From contig CAWBSC010000023.1 of NCBI GenBank assembly GCA_963791285.1, forward strand, positions 399,767-463,766: 64,000 nucleotides of DNA, given 5' to 3'. Below the pieces are notes generated by a model that saw nothing but the letters and a program-made list of their open reading frames with translations, was not told the origin of the DNA and did no database searches. Positions 10,401 through 18,483 of this stretch are shown piece after piece. How positions within the stretch are numbered: the stretch's first letter is position 1; each line of letters begins with the position of its first letter. A program made the translations under genes and the position numbers. The DNA comes from an uncultured delta proteobacterium. Lineage in GTDB: Bacteria; Desulfobacterota; Desulfobacteria; Desulfobacterales; SpSt-501.

Positions 10401-10743
10401 GGTTGAAATAGCCGCCGTGCAGATTGTGGCAGTGGAGGACGTCGGCGGAGCGGACGGCCGGGTGGCGATGGAGCCCGTGACTGCCCTGGAACTCGTAATC
10501 CAGCTCCCCGCGGAGAAAACAGATCATCTCATCCAGCGGGTCCGCCCCGGCGTCGAAGCCCTCGACCCAATCCCATGCGCTCGTTCGGGTGCCGACGAGC
10601 ATCCGGGACGCGTGCCCCTGACGGCGCTGGCCGGTGCACAATCTTTCGGCGACCTTGGCGGCCCCGCCTGCAACGTCGTGTGTGTTGATGTGGAGCACGC
10701 CGGGCGGCCGGTCAACGGATGGGATGCGATTCAGCGGGTTCAA
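7465..10743 (-). CDS. Two-domain glycosyltransferase: N-terminal GT4 (GT-B) fused to a C-terminal OGT/SPINDLY-like (GT41) catalytic region without TPRs
   Basis: The ORF track gives 7465..11502, but the first ~250 codons overlap the upstream gene and are R/G/A/P-rich. The probable start is TTG 10743 (G-rich SD, overlaps the upstream TGA) or GTG 10698 (VLHINTHDVAGGAAKV, a typical GT4 N-terminus). GT4 motif: IEALACGVPVVS. The C-half (RLRLGVYLRSIRPHSEVF...ADVYLDAVPYNGATSLLDPL...) resembles GT41. Confidence 0.7.
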   Translation of the reverse strand: MNPLNRIPSVDRPPGVLHINTHDVAGGAAKVAERLCTGQRRQGHASRMLVGTRTSAWDWVEGFDAGADPLDEMICFLRGELDYEFQGSHGLHRHPAVRSADVLHCHNLHGGYFNPFSLSVLSHQKPTVWTLHDMQAITGHCAHAFDCEKWLSGCGGCPYPDTQPGVWTDRTAELWVHKKLIYAHSKLHIVVPSRWLQQKVERSILRDHPVTLVANGVDCDVFKPTERSAARARFGIPDTAVVVGCLSHGGALVNAWKGGHHLQRTLQEMRRSHPGLVFLNAGAPRTPEVPGVVSTGHLDNEPDVAAALNAMDVFLYTPRADNCPLVVIEALACGVPVVSFRIGGIPELVLDGRNGCLVEDEDIQGLLRSLEFLIRHPDAREAYSREARRHATATFDLDRVLSAYRSVYDERLASHPTGRRDLRLFPMAAMPDSVLTRAFLDAEVFKASLPEDGHRDESAAPADSAGASVASAGSTAPGRPGAAHDGGNDWTEARARQRAFLARVWLKSDLTGIATGRLGGVLDATRKLLSQLSLPRTLSPREQILAELLRKELAEAASAAHVQRLLPPAMIYLSPLRLDGLKFAVPDWLREDVFRYRLARPSYFEKPGEVDAYRDYLLRLTEEVHAETQADPQSPESYRKASEFLNSANPMQLFFSDRDPGPFYARRGRIMEYVLRRAGSPVDAPCASRVHRRQRLRLGVYLRSIRPHSEVFATLPVFTGLDREAFEVHLFVLRRTHDPLEHYARQHADSLTVLPGDLKASIALMRQADLDILFFGNNITAGCTHEVILAHHRIARRQGVHFCSPVSSGSRHVDFFLLGESIAAGLPEESGFSEALLTVQGSGLCFDLTQQPEPRRIDVSREELGIPGNGTLFISGANCFKILPELMRTWATVLERTPGSSLVLYPFGPAWGDIYPRAAMTGMYRRALSEKRVDPRRLVVLDSMPDRACIDALNRMADVYLDAVPYNGATSLLDPLRADIPMAVADGGALRFAQGAAMLRELGVPEMVAIGEDEYVQLAVRLGRDASLRQALRSRIRARMSLTPDFLNPALYGRRVSRALQRLFRGDSPHAPSPAGTRPDRAAPSANPVPRA

Positions 10744-13436
10744 TTGGCCTGCCCCCCCTGTGAATCCGCTGCCCGGCGGGCCGTCGGGGGGGCGGTGGGC
10801 CGGAGCCCGAACGTCTGCGTCCCTCCCGTCGCTGCCTGCTCCCCGCCGAGCCGCTCGCGCCGCTGCAGGAGCGCGAGCGATTCGAAGCGTTCGGCCCCAT
10901 TGGGCTCCGCCAGCCAGGTCGCGAATTGCTCCGCGTCCCAATTCCGCACGAGTTTGCGCGGCAGCGCAAAAAGGGCGGCCGGCAGTCTCAGGCTCCCCTG
11001 GATGTTGGCGATTCCGGCCCGATACCCTTCCCGGGCAACCATCTGCGCCGTCTCGACCGTGAAATCCGAGGCACTCCCGAATGGATAGGAGAAGAAGGCC
11101 ACCGCATCCCCGGTCATGCCTTCGATCTGTTTGCGGGACGCGACGATTTCCTCCAGTTGCTCGTTCGGGGGCAGCGTCGACAACCGCGCATGGGTGACCG
11201 AGTGCGCACCGATTTCGATCAGCGGCGAAGCGCTTAGCATGCCCAGCTGCCTGGCGCTCAACACCGGGTGTGCGACGGGCGTATCCGTCTGCACCTGAGC
11301 CCATTGCCTCAGCTGGGCCAGTGCCGCCTCGATGAGACGCGGAGGCATGGATCGCAGCAGGGCGCAGACACGATCGTGCGCCTGCAGGCGTGCGGGCCGG
11401 CTGCGCAGGTCGAAGTTCATTGCCTCCCGGGTCAGGCCGTCCACACGCAAATCGGAAGGCAGCCGGTCCTGGCGCAGCAGGATCTGCTCCACCTCGTCCC
11501 ACCAGAAGGCGTGCGTGGCGCCGACCATGCCGGAGGTGACGAAAACGGTCGCGGGGAGCCCCAGGGCTTCGAGGACGGGCAGCGCCCGGGTCAGGTTGTC
11601 CGCATACCCGTCGTCGAACGTTACGGCGACGGTGTTGCCGGGCAGCCTGCCCCGGCGCATGTCGTCCAGCAGATCTCCAAGCGGGAGCACCCGGAACCGA
11701 GACCGGAGGTGACCCATGTGGCTCTCGAAATGGTGCGGTGCGACCGAGAGAAGATGGGCATCGGACGGGTCGTCACACACCCGGTGATAGAGGAGAATCA
11801 TTGGAGGCAGTGCGGTTCCCGACGGGGTGACCGCCCGCCCGATCCCGGACGCACGCGGCTCCCCTGCCCCGGTCTTCACCGCCTTAGCGGTGACCAGGAC
11901 CTGATAATCCGGGTCGGAGGCGTCGAGCACGGCGGCAGGGATTTCCTGCATGCTGAGACCTTCCAGAAAGGCCTTGGCCACAGCCAGATTGCCGTGCGGC
12001 GCAACGTGGATCTCGTCGCCGGGCATCACCTCGGAGAGCAGCGTTTTCAATGCCCTGTCCGTGAACCGCCAGTACTCCCCCCACCGGTCCATGTCATAGC
12101 GGGATATCTGGCTGATCCCCGATCCGGTCGCCAGGAGGACGCCGCCGGGCTTGAGGGCGTCGACCGCGTGGCGCACGGCCGCCTTGACGTCGCAGATCAT
12201 CTGGAGCGTCTGGACCAGAATGATGCAGTCGTAGACGCCGCGCGGTATGTTTTCACCCGTGGCCAGGTCGCCCACGATGGTGGCCTGGGGGTCGTCCACC
12301 ACGCTGAGCACGTCGGCCCGCTCCACGTCGCGACCGTATTTTCGCGTGTACCCGCTGTCGCCGATTTCGAGCACCCGGCCGCGGATGAGATCCCGGTTGG
12401 CGTGCAGGAATTTTTCGATGTAGTAGCGGTCGATCGGGAGCCCGCGGTCGAGCCCGAACACCCGGCTGCGCGGCGTCGTACGGCAGTCGAAATCGGCGCC
12501 GTGTTTCGAGGGGCTCGCAACTCCCCCTGCCCGACCCGAGGCGGCCGCTGCCGTCGCCGGAGCGTCGGGCCTGCCGGCCCGGCCGACCAGCGACGGGTGC
12601 CCGTAGATACGCTGCCACAAGCGAGGGCATTCGGCGTCTTCCACCGCGGGCGGCCAGCAATCCGGTGGAGCGGGGGCCGGCTGCAAGGGCGGATTGGTGA
12701 ACCACTCCTCTTTCTTGGTGTTGGTGGCATCCTCCCCGTAGCCGATGTGCTCGACCATGCTCCTGGGCGGCCGCAGGCACAGGCCGCGCCGCAGGATGTG
12801 CCAGTAAAGGAACCGGACGGCCCAGACGTTCTTCTGCAGCTCCTGTTTGGCGGTCGCCGGCAGGTCCGCGCCGTACCGGAAGACATCGATGCCTCCGCGG
12901 TGGCACTGCTGCAGCAGGCTCCACGCGTCCTGCGTCATTCCCGTCCAGGACCGGGCCCATGCGCCCCATGCCAGCGACTCGGCGCGGCCGTCGAAGTAGG
13001 GCCGGTCCTGAACGCCGGCCGGCGTGACGCGCGGGTGGGTCCAGCCGGTGACGCTCATGACGCGCGGGTCGTCCCGGTAGTGCCGCAGGGCACTGCAGAG
13101 ATAGTCGTAGGTCCCCGGGACGCACACGAGGTCGTCTTCGAAGACGACGGCGGCCTCGTGCCGCTGAAAGATCTCGGTCACGCCGGTCAGGATGGAGCGC
13201 CCGAGGCCCAGGTTCTCCGATCGCTCGACCGACTTCACCTCGCACCAGTCGACGGACCGCAGAACGGACCGCACCGCTTCGACCAGCGGGCGGTCCGCGT
13301 CGGACCGGGCCCCGTCGCTGAAAGCGTAGATGAGGGGGACGTGGTTCTTTTCGAGACAGGACAGCGTCCGCCGCACGTGCTGCGGCCGGTTGTAGGCGAA
13401 AAGGACGACGGGGATTTCCGCTCGATTCATGCTCAT
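10740..13436 (-). CDS. Tri-domain protein: GT-A type glycosyltransferase / class I SAM methyltransferase / polysaccharide deacetylase (NodB-type)
   Basis: 898-aa ORF. N-terminus: IPVVLFAYNRPQHVRRTL...VVFEDDLV. Middle: RVLEIGDSGYTRKYG...LKPGGVLLAT. C-terminus: VAVTFDDGYADN...GAHSVTHARLS. Confidence 0.8.
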   Translation of the reverse strand: MSMNRAEIPVVLFAYNRPQHVRRTLSCLEKNHVPLIYAFSDGARSDADRPLVEAVRSVLRSVDWCEVKSVERSENLGLGRSILTGVTEIFQRHEAAVVFEDDLVCVPGTYDYLCSALRHYRDDPRVMSVTGWTHPRVTPAGVQDRPYFDGRAESLAWGAWARSWTGMTQDAWSLLQQCHRGGIDVFRYGADLPATAKQELQKNVWAVRFLYWHILRRGLCLRPPRSMVEHIGYGEDATNTKKEEWFTNPPLQPAPAPPDCWPPAVEDAECPRLWQRIYGHPSLVGRAGRPDAPATAAAASGRAGGVASPSKHGADFDCRTTPRSRVFGLDRGLPIDRYYIEKFLHANRDLIRGRVLEIGDSGYTRKYGRDVERADVLSVVDDPQATIVGDLATGENIPRGVYDCIILVQTLQMICDVKAAVRHAVDALKPGGVLLATGSGISQISRYDMDRWGEYWRFTDRALKTLLSEVMPGDEIHVAPHGNLAVAKAFLEGLSMQEIPAAVLDASDPDYQVLVTAKAVKTGAGEPRASGIGRAVTPSGTALPPMILLYHRVCDDPSDAHLLSVAPHHFESHMGHLRSRFRVLPLGDLLDDMRRGRLPGNTVAVTFDDGYADNLTRALPVLEALGLPATVFVTSGMVGATHAFWWDEVEQILLRQDRLPSDLRVDGLTREAMNFDLRSRPARLQAHDRVCALLRSMPPRLIEAALAQLRQWAQVQTDTPVAHPVLSARQLGMLSASPLIEIGAHSVTHARLSTLPPNEQLEEIVASRKQIEGMTGDAVAFFSYPFGSASDFTVETAQMVAREGYRAGIANIQGSLRLPAALFALPRKLVRNWDAEQFATWLAEPNGAERFESLALLQRRERLGGEQAATGGTQTFGLRPTAPPTARRAADSQGGQAN

Positions 13437-13470
13437 GCACCTTCATCTTTCGTTACATCGACGTGGCGCA

Positions 13471-14586
13471 TTATGATGCACTCGCCATGGTGGCGTAGTG
13501 GTCTGGACATGCCTGGTAATACGGCTTTATTGCGGAGGAGACGGCGTGCGGATCGGAACGGCGGAGCAGTGAATTCGCCGATTCAAATTGGCTGTGCGCT
13601 GAGATCTCAGGAAAAAAATACCGACAGACGTCCACGATTTCACTGAGCTCCATGCACCGATCCCGGTAAACCCACGAAGGCAGATGAGCGTCAACGGATA
13701 GTTGCTTTATTTGATTCAAAACATCGAATGCCTCATTCAGCATGAGGGATCCGAATCTGTGCCTAAAGCAGTTCCGGGTATCCACGAACAAGATGTCTTT
13801 TGCCTCAGTGGTAAGGGCGGAATCGCGGACAACCTTTATGTGCTCATAGGCCAACATCGTCCAAGGGGCGAGTGCCTTGGACCTGGATTTGACGAACCAG
13901 CTATATTGTCGCCGAGTCTGCTCTTGCGCGGTCTCGCACGGCCGGTTCAGTCGGCGAAAAAAAAGCGGAGTGTCTACCTGGGCAATTGAACCGATCAAAC
14001 TGAGTTTGGCAAATATGGTGTGATCGGAACCGATGGTCGTGTAATAATCAAGCGCTTCTTTTAAGATGGATGTGCGGTGTAGACCATAAAACATATTCCC
14101 CCAGTTAAACTCCCAGATGGTTTTGCTGAATCTCCGACACGGGTCCAACCCCTTGGTGTCGAAAGCATCCGCCACCAACTCGACCGGCCGGTCGTCCTCA
14201 TCAATCAGTATGGTTCGTGGATACGCGACGACAACGGACCCTTCCTGTTGGAGGATGTTCAGCAGAGTGGGCATAAACCGCGGGTGGTAGATATCATGGT
14301 CCGCCGCGCACATGATGAACTCGCCTGAACACAGATCGACGGCCTTAATACAGTTGCGTGCGGGTCCCATGTTCATCGTGTTGCGATAATACGTTATGCG
14401 ATTATCGCGCCGGGCATAGTCCCGGCATATCTCGCTGGATCCGTCTTCTGAGGCGTTGTCGGATATAATGAGCTCAATGTCCGGATGCTCCTGAGCCAGA
14501 AGGGATTCGATCGATTTGGCTATAAATGGAGCGGAGTTGAAAACGGTCATTGAAATGGATACCAGCGGTTTTTTTCCAGAGGCCAT
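13471..14586 (-). CDS. Family 2 glycosyltransferase in a low-GC cassette
   Basis: 371-aa ORF. VSISMTVFNSAPFIAKSIESLL...LIISDNASEDGS...AADHDIY. Local GC is about 40-50% against >=65% in the flanks (hand counts of 60-nt blocks at 13681 and 14041). Confidence 0.85.
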   Translation of the reverse strand: MASGKKPLVSISMTVFNSAPFIAKSIESLLAQEHPDIELIISDNASEDGSSEICRDYARRDNRITYYRNTMNMGPARNCIKAVDLCSGEFIMCAADHDIYHPRFMPTLLNILQQEGSVVVAYPRTILIDEDDRPVELVADAFDTKGLDPCRRFSKTIWEFNWGNMFYGLHRTSILKEALDYYTTIGSDHTIFAKLSLIGSIAQVDTPLFFRRLNRPCETAQEQTRRQYSWFVKSRSKALAPWTMLAYEHIKVVRDSALTTEAKDILFVDTRNCFRHRFGSLMLNEAFDVLNQIKQLSVDAHLPSWVYRDRCMELSEIVDVCRYFFPEISAHSQFESANSLLRRSDPHAVSSAIKPYYQACPDHYATMASAS

Positions 14587-14696
14587 CCTACCTCCCAGAG
14601 ACCTATTGCGTGCCGTCTATAACCACCATCGCCAAATTGGGGTGGCACATGGGTGAGGGGGACCCAACAGACCAGTAGTCCGCCTCGCCCCAACCG

Positions 14697-15509
14697 TCAC
14701 ACCCGTTTCAGGAAGCCGTCCGGGGCAGCGGTGATGGCAAGTTTGTGCTCAATCTGTTTGTCGATTTCCAGTTTCAGCGCCGCACCGTCGACGCCGGCAA
14801 GCGGTTTGGCCTGAAGCTGCCGCAAAAACTCGAACACCGCCGTTTTGGGGTTGTTGCCTTTGCCCCAGGGACGGTCGGTGACGAATCCCTCCGGCAGGTC
14901 CTCAACCCCCGTATCCCAAACTACGCAGTAACTGCTTTTCGAGACCAGGGGGGCGTAGGCGTGGAGTTCTGCAAGTACATGGCTGTGCGTGTGGTTGGAA
15001 TCGAGAAAAACCATGACGGTCTTGAATTCAGCGGCTCGCCCATGCACACGATGGACCACGGCCGGGTCTATCGATGAGCCCTCGATCATCTCAATCATGT
15101 GGCGCATCGGATGCGCATCGATTGCGTTGCGGTTGTGCGCGCGGATTTCGATGTCGATGCCCAGCACCCGTCGCCGCGACGCCGCGGGTAGGATCGTCGT
15201 GCCGGCGACGACGGCCTCGCAGTAGTCGAGCAAAGCCAACATCGAGGCGCTCATCACCAGGGAGCCGCCGTGAGCGATACCGGTCTCGATGACCAGATCG
15301 GGGCGAATGCGCCATATCAGCTCCTGAATGGCATATGCATCCTGCGGAACTTGGATGATGGGGCGGCCCAGCCAGGAAAAATTGTAGGCATAATGGTGCT
15401 TGATGGCCGCCTGGTTCCAGTCGTTGGACAAGGCGATAAACGACTTGTCCTCGCCGATCCCGCGGACGTTACGAGCCACTTCCTCCGAGAACAAAGCGAT
15501 TGGATCCAT
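14697..15509 (-). CDS. CmcI / cephalosporin-hydroxylase-family methyltransferase (rhamnosyl O-methyltransferase-like)
   Basis: 270-aa ORF. WLGRPIIQVPQDAYAIQELIWRIRPDLVIETGIAHGGSLV is characteristic of the CmcI family. Confidence 0.8.
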   Translation of the reverse strand: MDPIALFSEEVARNVRGIGEDKSFIALSNDWNQAAIKHHYAYNFSWLGRPIIQVPQDAYAIQELIWRIRPDLVIETGIAHGGSLVMSASMLALLDYCEAVVAGTTILPAASRRRVLGIDIEIRAHNRNAIDAHPMRHMIEMIEGSSIDPAVVHRVHGRAAEFKTVMVFLDSNHTHSHVLAELHAYAPLVSKSSYCVVWDTGVEDLPEGFVTDRPWGKGNNPKTAVFEFLRQLQAKPLAGVDGAALKLEIDKQIEHKLAITAAPDGFLKRV

Positions 15510-15523
15510 CGGTCGCCGGATTC

Positions 15524-17260
15524 CTATTTAAACGTAGTGGGCATGCGGAACGACACCGCCAAATCCTGCCAGCGCGGGTCTGCTGCAACGATGGCCTCAT
15601 AGCGGGACAGGTGTCGTGCGAAGACGTGGGGATCCACCCCCAGTGCCTGCTGCGCCTGAGCGAGGAAATAAAGGGCAAACGGGTGATCGGGATGCCGGTC
15701 CAGCACCTCCTCGAAGCACCGCTGGGCCGTGACGTAATCGCCGGTCCGCATCCGGTAATTGTCGACGAAGTTTGCCTCCAGGTTCAGGCGGTAGATCAGA
15801 TCGGTGATCCGCTGGGGATCTATGCCGGGTGCGCGGATAATGTACTCGGTCATATCCACCCGACCGATCCCGATGTACTTGCTGTCGATCCAGCCCTTTT
15901 CAAAGCAGGTCCTGAACAACTCCGAGCCGCGCAGCGGCGTAGCGTAATTGAAAAAACTCCAATCAATCCCGGCGTCGTGAATGAAGCGCCGGGTCGCCTC
16001 GCGATCTTCCTCGGTCTCGCCGGGGAATCCGATGATGAAAAAGGATTGCACGAAAATGTCGTTGCGGCGCAGGCAACCAATGACATCCTTAGCCTTGTCG
16101 AGCCTCACCGGCTTCTTGATGATGTTCTTGAGCACATGGTCGGACCCGGATTCGATCGCCAGAATCACCGTGTCGACCCCGCCCTGCTTCATCAGACAGG
16201 CCAATTCCTCGTCGATGAACGTCAGCGTGATGCCGTTCGGCATCTCGACCCGAATGCGGAATTCGGCGAGACGCCGAAACATCTCCTTGGCGCGCGGGAC
16301 ATCAATCAGCAACTGGTCGTCGTAGATCGTCAACACATTCATGCCATAGTGTTCGACCAGGTGGCGAACGTGCTCGACGATCGCGTCGACGTCGGCGAAC
16401 CTCATACTCCTGCCATGCAATGACGGCTCAGCGCAAAACACGCAATGGAAGGGGCAGCCGCGCGAGGTGACGATGAAGAACTGTCGGGTATTGCGATCAT
16501 TCCGGTAGCTGGCAAACGGCGAAAACGCCTCCTTCATGCTGTAGCGCGTGTTCTCCACCAGGTCGTAATCGAGTCGGATCGCCTCGTTGAGGTTTGCCGT
16601 CACCACGGATTTCGGCACCCGATGGGCGGCAAGCGACTCGCGTGTAACCCAAGGATCCTTTTCCAGTTCGCGCCGGGGGTCGTCCGACTCGACCAGCGAC
16701 AGCATCGCTTGCTCGCCTTCCGAGTAGCATAGCGCGTCCAGATTCGGCTGATCGGCCAGGATTTCCTCCCACGCGGTCGTCACTGCTGGACCCCCCATCA
16801 GGGTCAGGATGCGCGGGTCGAAGCGCTTGACCGTTTCCGCCAGGTAGGCAACATGAGTGTAGGACGTGTCGTAGCTCATCGAAAAGCCGATCACCTCGGG
16901 GCCGGTTTCGGCCAGCACTCGTTTCAGCTCTGCGATGCGCTGCCCCTCGGTGGCGTACAGATTGAGATCGAGGATTTTCACCTCGGGCGTCGGCCGCGCC
17001 TTGGCCTTAATGTACGAGGCCATGGCCAGCACACCATAGGGGAACGCCAGGAACGAGCGAACCGCCTTGCCGGGCACGGGTGCGCCAGCCTGGAATACCA
17101 GGTACGGCAACACGCACAATATCACCTTGGCCGGAACCTGACGCTTGACCTGATCCGAGACCGGAGCCCAGGGCTGAGCCAAAGACGGATTCGCCGAGCC
17201 GCCTCGAGGTAAGTACGCGAGTTCGCTGCCTCTCGGCACGATTGCCATAGCGTCGCCCAT
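15524..17260 (-). CDS. B12-binding-domain radical SAM enzyme (class B, putative methyltransferase), paralog 1
   Basis: 578-aa ORF. N-terminal cobalamin-binding-like region, radical SAM motif TSRGCPFHCVFCAEP, helical TPR-like C-terminus. Confidence 0.85.
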   Translation of the reverse strand: MGDAMAIVPRGSELAYLPRGGSANPSLAQPWAPVSDQVKRQVPAKVILCVLPYLVFQAGAPVPGKAVRSFLAFPYGVLAMASYIKAKARPTPEVKILDLNLYATEGQRIAELKRVLAETGPEVIGFSMSYDTSYTHVAYLAETVKRFDPRILTLMGGPAVTTAWEEILADQPNLDALCYSEGEQAMLSLVESDDPRRELEKDPWVTRESLAAHRVPKSVVTANLNEAIRLDYDLVENTRYSMKEAFSPFASYRNDRNTRQFFIVTSRGCPFHCVFCAEPSLHGRSMRFADVDAIVEHVRHLVEHYGMNVLTIYDDQLLIDVPRAKEMFRRLAEFRIRVEMPNGITLTFIDEELACLMKQGGVDTVILAIESGSDHVLKNIIKKPVRLDKAKDVIGCLRRNDIFVQSFFIIGFPGETEEDREATRRFIHDAGIDWSFFNYATPLRGSELFRTCFEKGWIDSKYIGIGRVDMTEYIIRAPGIDPQRITDLIYRLNLEANFVDNYRMRTGDYVTAQRCFEEVLDRHPDHPFALYFLAQAQQALGVDPHVFARHLSRYEAIVAADPRWQDLAVSFRMPTTFK

Positions 17261-17283
17261 GTTCCCGCACCCTCCACGGTGCT

Positions 17284-18471
17284 TCAGCGATTCAGGAGAT
17301 ACAGCACGGCGCCAGTGCCATGCCAGCTGTGCAGGCGGAATTTATAGCGATAGCCGCAATCCCTGAACGCCTCCATCAGCGCCTTCGGGCACTCCCAAAG
17401 CCCGAGGCGGTTGTGATAGACCGCCAAAGTAACCAGAGGACGCCACGCACGTATCGTGCCGACACCGCCTAAAATGGCGTCCAGTTCCGCCCCCTCGATG
17501 TGAGCCTTGATAAAACTCGGCCGCAGCCCGAGGTCGTCGATACGCCGGACCGCCACCTGGACGTTACCAAAGTCACAAAACTGCGACGCGAAATCCAGAC
17601 CATCGAAAAAGACCTGGGTCGTGCTCGCGCGACCCACGGCGCAGGCCAGCACATGCATCCGCAACCGTTCGTCGGCCGGAAGAGCGTCCATCCACATCTG
17701 CAATCGCGCGCGGTTCTCGTCATCAGGCTCGACCGCCCAGATCTCGCGGAAGCGATGCCCGACACGCTCCAGAAAGGTCCGGCACACACTGCCGTGGTGC
17801 GCGCCCAGGTCCAGCAGGCTTTCTTCGGTACCGAGGGTATCGGCCACTTCGTCGATAAAATAGCGGTTTTCAGTATTTACCGGGGCGTCGTCGAACAACC
17901 ACTCCTCGTGGAGACGATGCCATGCCAGGAACTGCAAGTGGTGGGCGCGCGACGCATCGTCGTCATAGGCTCTCAGCACGGCGCCGATACCGTCCACCTC
18001 ATCTTGAGTCAACTCGTCGACGAACCAGCCGTTTCCCAGCGGGTGGCGGTCGGCATAAGATGCGGTAATGGTATAGAAAGGGACCATGTCGCTCCATCCA
18101 CTCTCGGCCAGCGGCGTCACCACGCGGGTGTAGGGCACCTTGCCGACGCAGATCGCCAGCAGGTGTGCGGCCTTGTCGCGCGGCGAAACCTCTTCGGGGG
18201 CATGGAGGGCTACGCTTCGCCAAAACGGATCCGAGCGGCGGGTCGCCGCGTCGGCGTCGATGACGAAGGCCACGGGGATACCCAGCCGGTCGAAGTACTG
18301 TTTGGCCAGTTTGCCGAGCGCGCCGGCGCCGTAAAGCGCCAGCGGCTTGTCGACAGGCCGAGCCCGGGCCGTCACCGGCCGCGCGGCGATTTCGTGCAGC
18401 AGCGATATCGCTGCGTGAGCGTCCGGTGAGGTGGTCAGCCGGCGAGATGCCACTCGGTCCCGTGAGGCCAT
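17284..18471 (-). CDS. FkbM-family SAM-dependent methyltransferase with N-terminal Rossmann-like extension
   Basis: 395-aa ORF. LLDLGAHHGSVCRTF...AVEPDDENRARL...FIKAHIEGAELDAILGG has FkbM-type features. Confidence 0.75.
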   Translation of the reverse strand: MASRDRVASRRLTTSPDAHAAISLLHEIAARPVTARARPVDKPLALYGAGALGKLAKQYFDRLGIPVAFVIDADAATRRSDPFWRSVALHAPEEVSPRDKAAHLLAICVGKVPYTRVVTPLAESGWSDMVPFYTITASYADRHPLGNGWFVDELTQDEVDGIGAVLRAYDDDASRAHHLQFLAWHRLHEEWLFDDAPVNTENRYFIDEVADTLGTEESLLDLGAHHGSVCRTFLERVGHRFREIWAVEPDDENRARLQMWMDALPADERLRMHVLACAVGRASTTQVFFDGLDFASQFCDFGNVQVAVRRIDDLGLRPSFIKAHIEGAELDAILGGVGTIRAWRPLVTLAVYHNRLGLWECPKALMEAFRDCGYRYKFRLHSWHGTGAVLYLLNR

Positions 18472-18483
18472 GGCCGTCTCCCC

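Noticed and set aside
10744-11502. N-terminal ~250 codons of the 1345-aa ORF
   Set aside because: They overlap the 3' end of the upstream tri-domain gene in a different frame and lack any domain. A sensible GT4 N-terminus begins at 10743/10698.
11268-13646. 792-aa plus-strand ORF
   Set aside because: It is antisense to the tri-domain gene, which has three clear catalytic signatures. Its own translation is R/G/P/H/V-rich with no motif. This is a typical high-GC shadow ORF.
14587-14696. 15-codon micro-ORF (MCHPNLAMVVIDGTQ) between the CmcI and GT2 genes, considered as a RiPP precursor for the radical SAM enzymes
   Set aside because: It is too short, has no leader/core organisation and no RBS. 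The surrounding genes are sugar-nucleotide and glycosyltransferase enzymes, so a glycan role for the rSAMs is more parsimonious.
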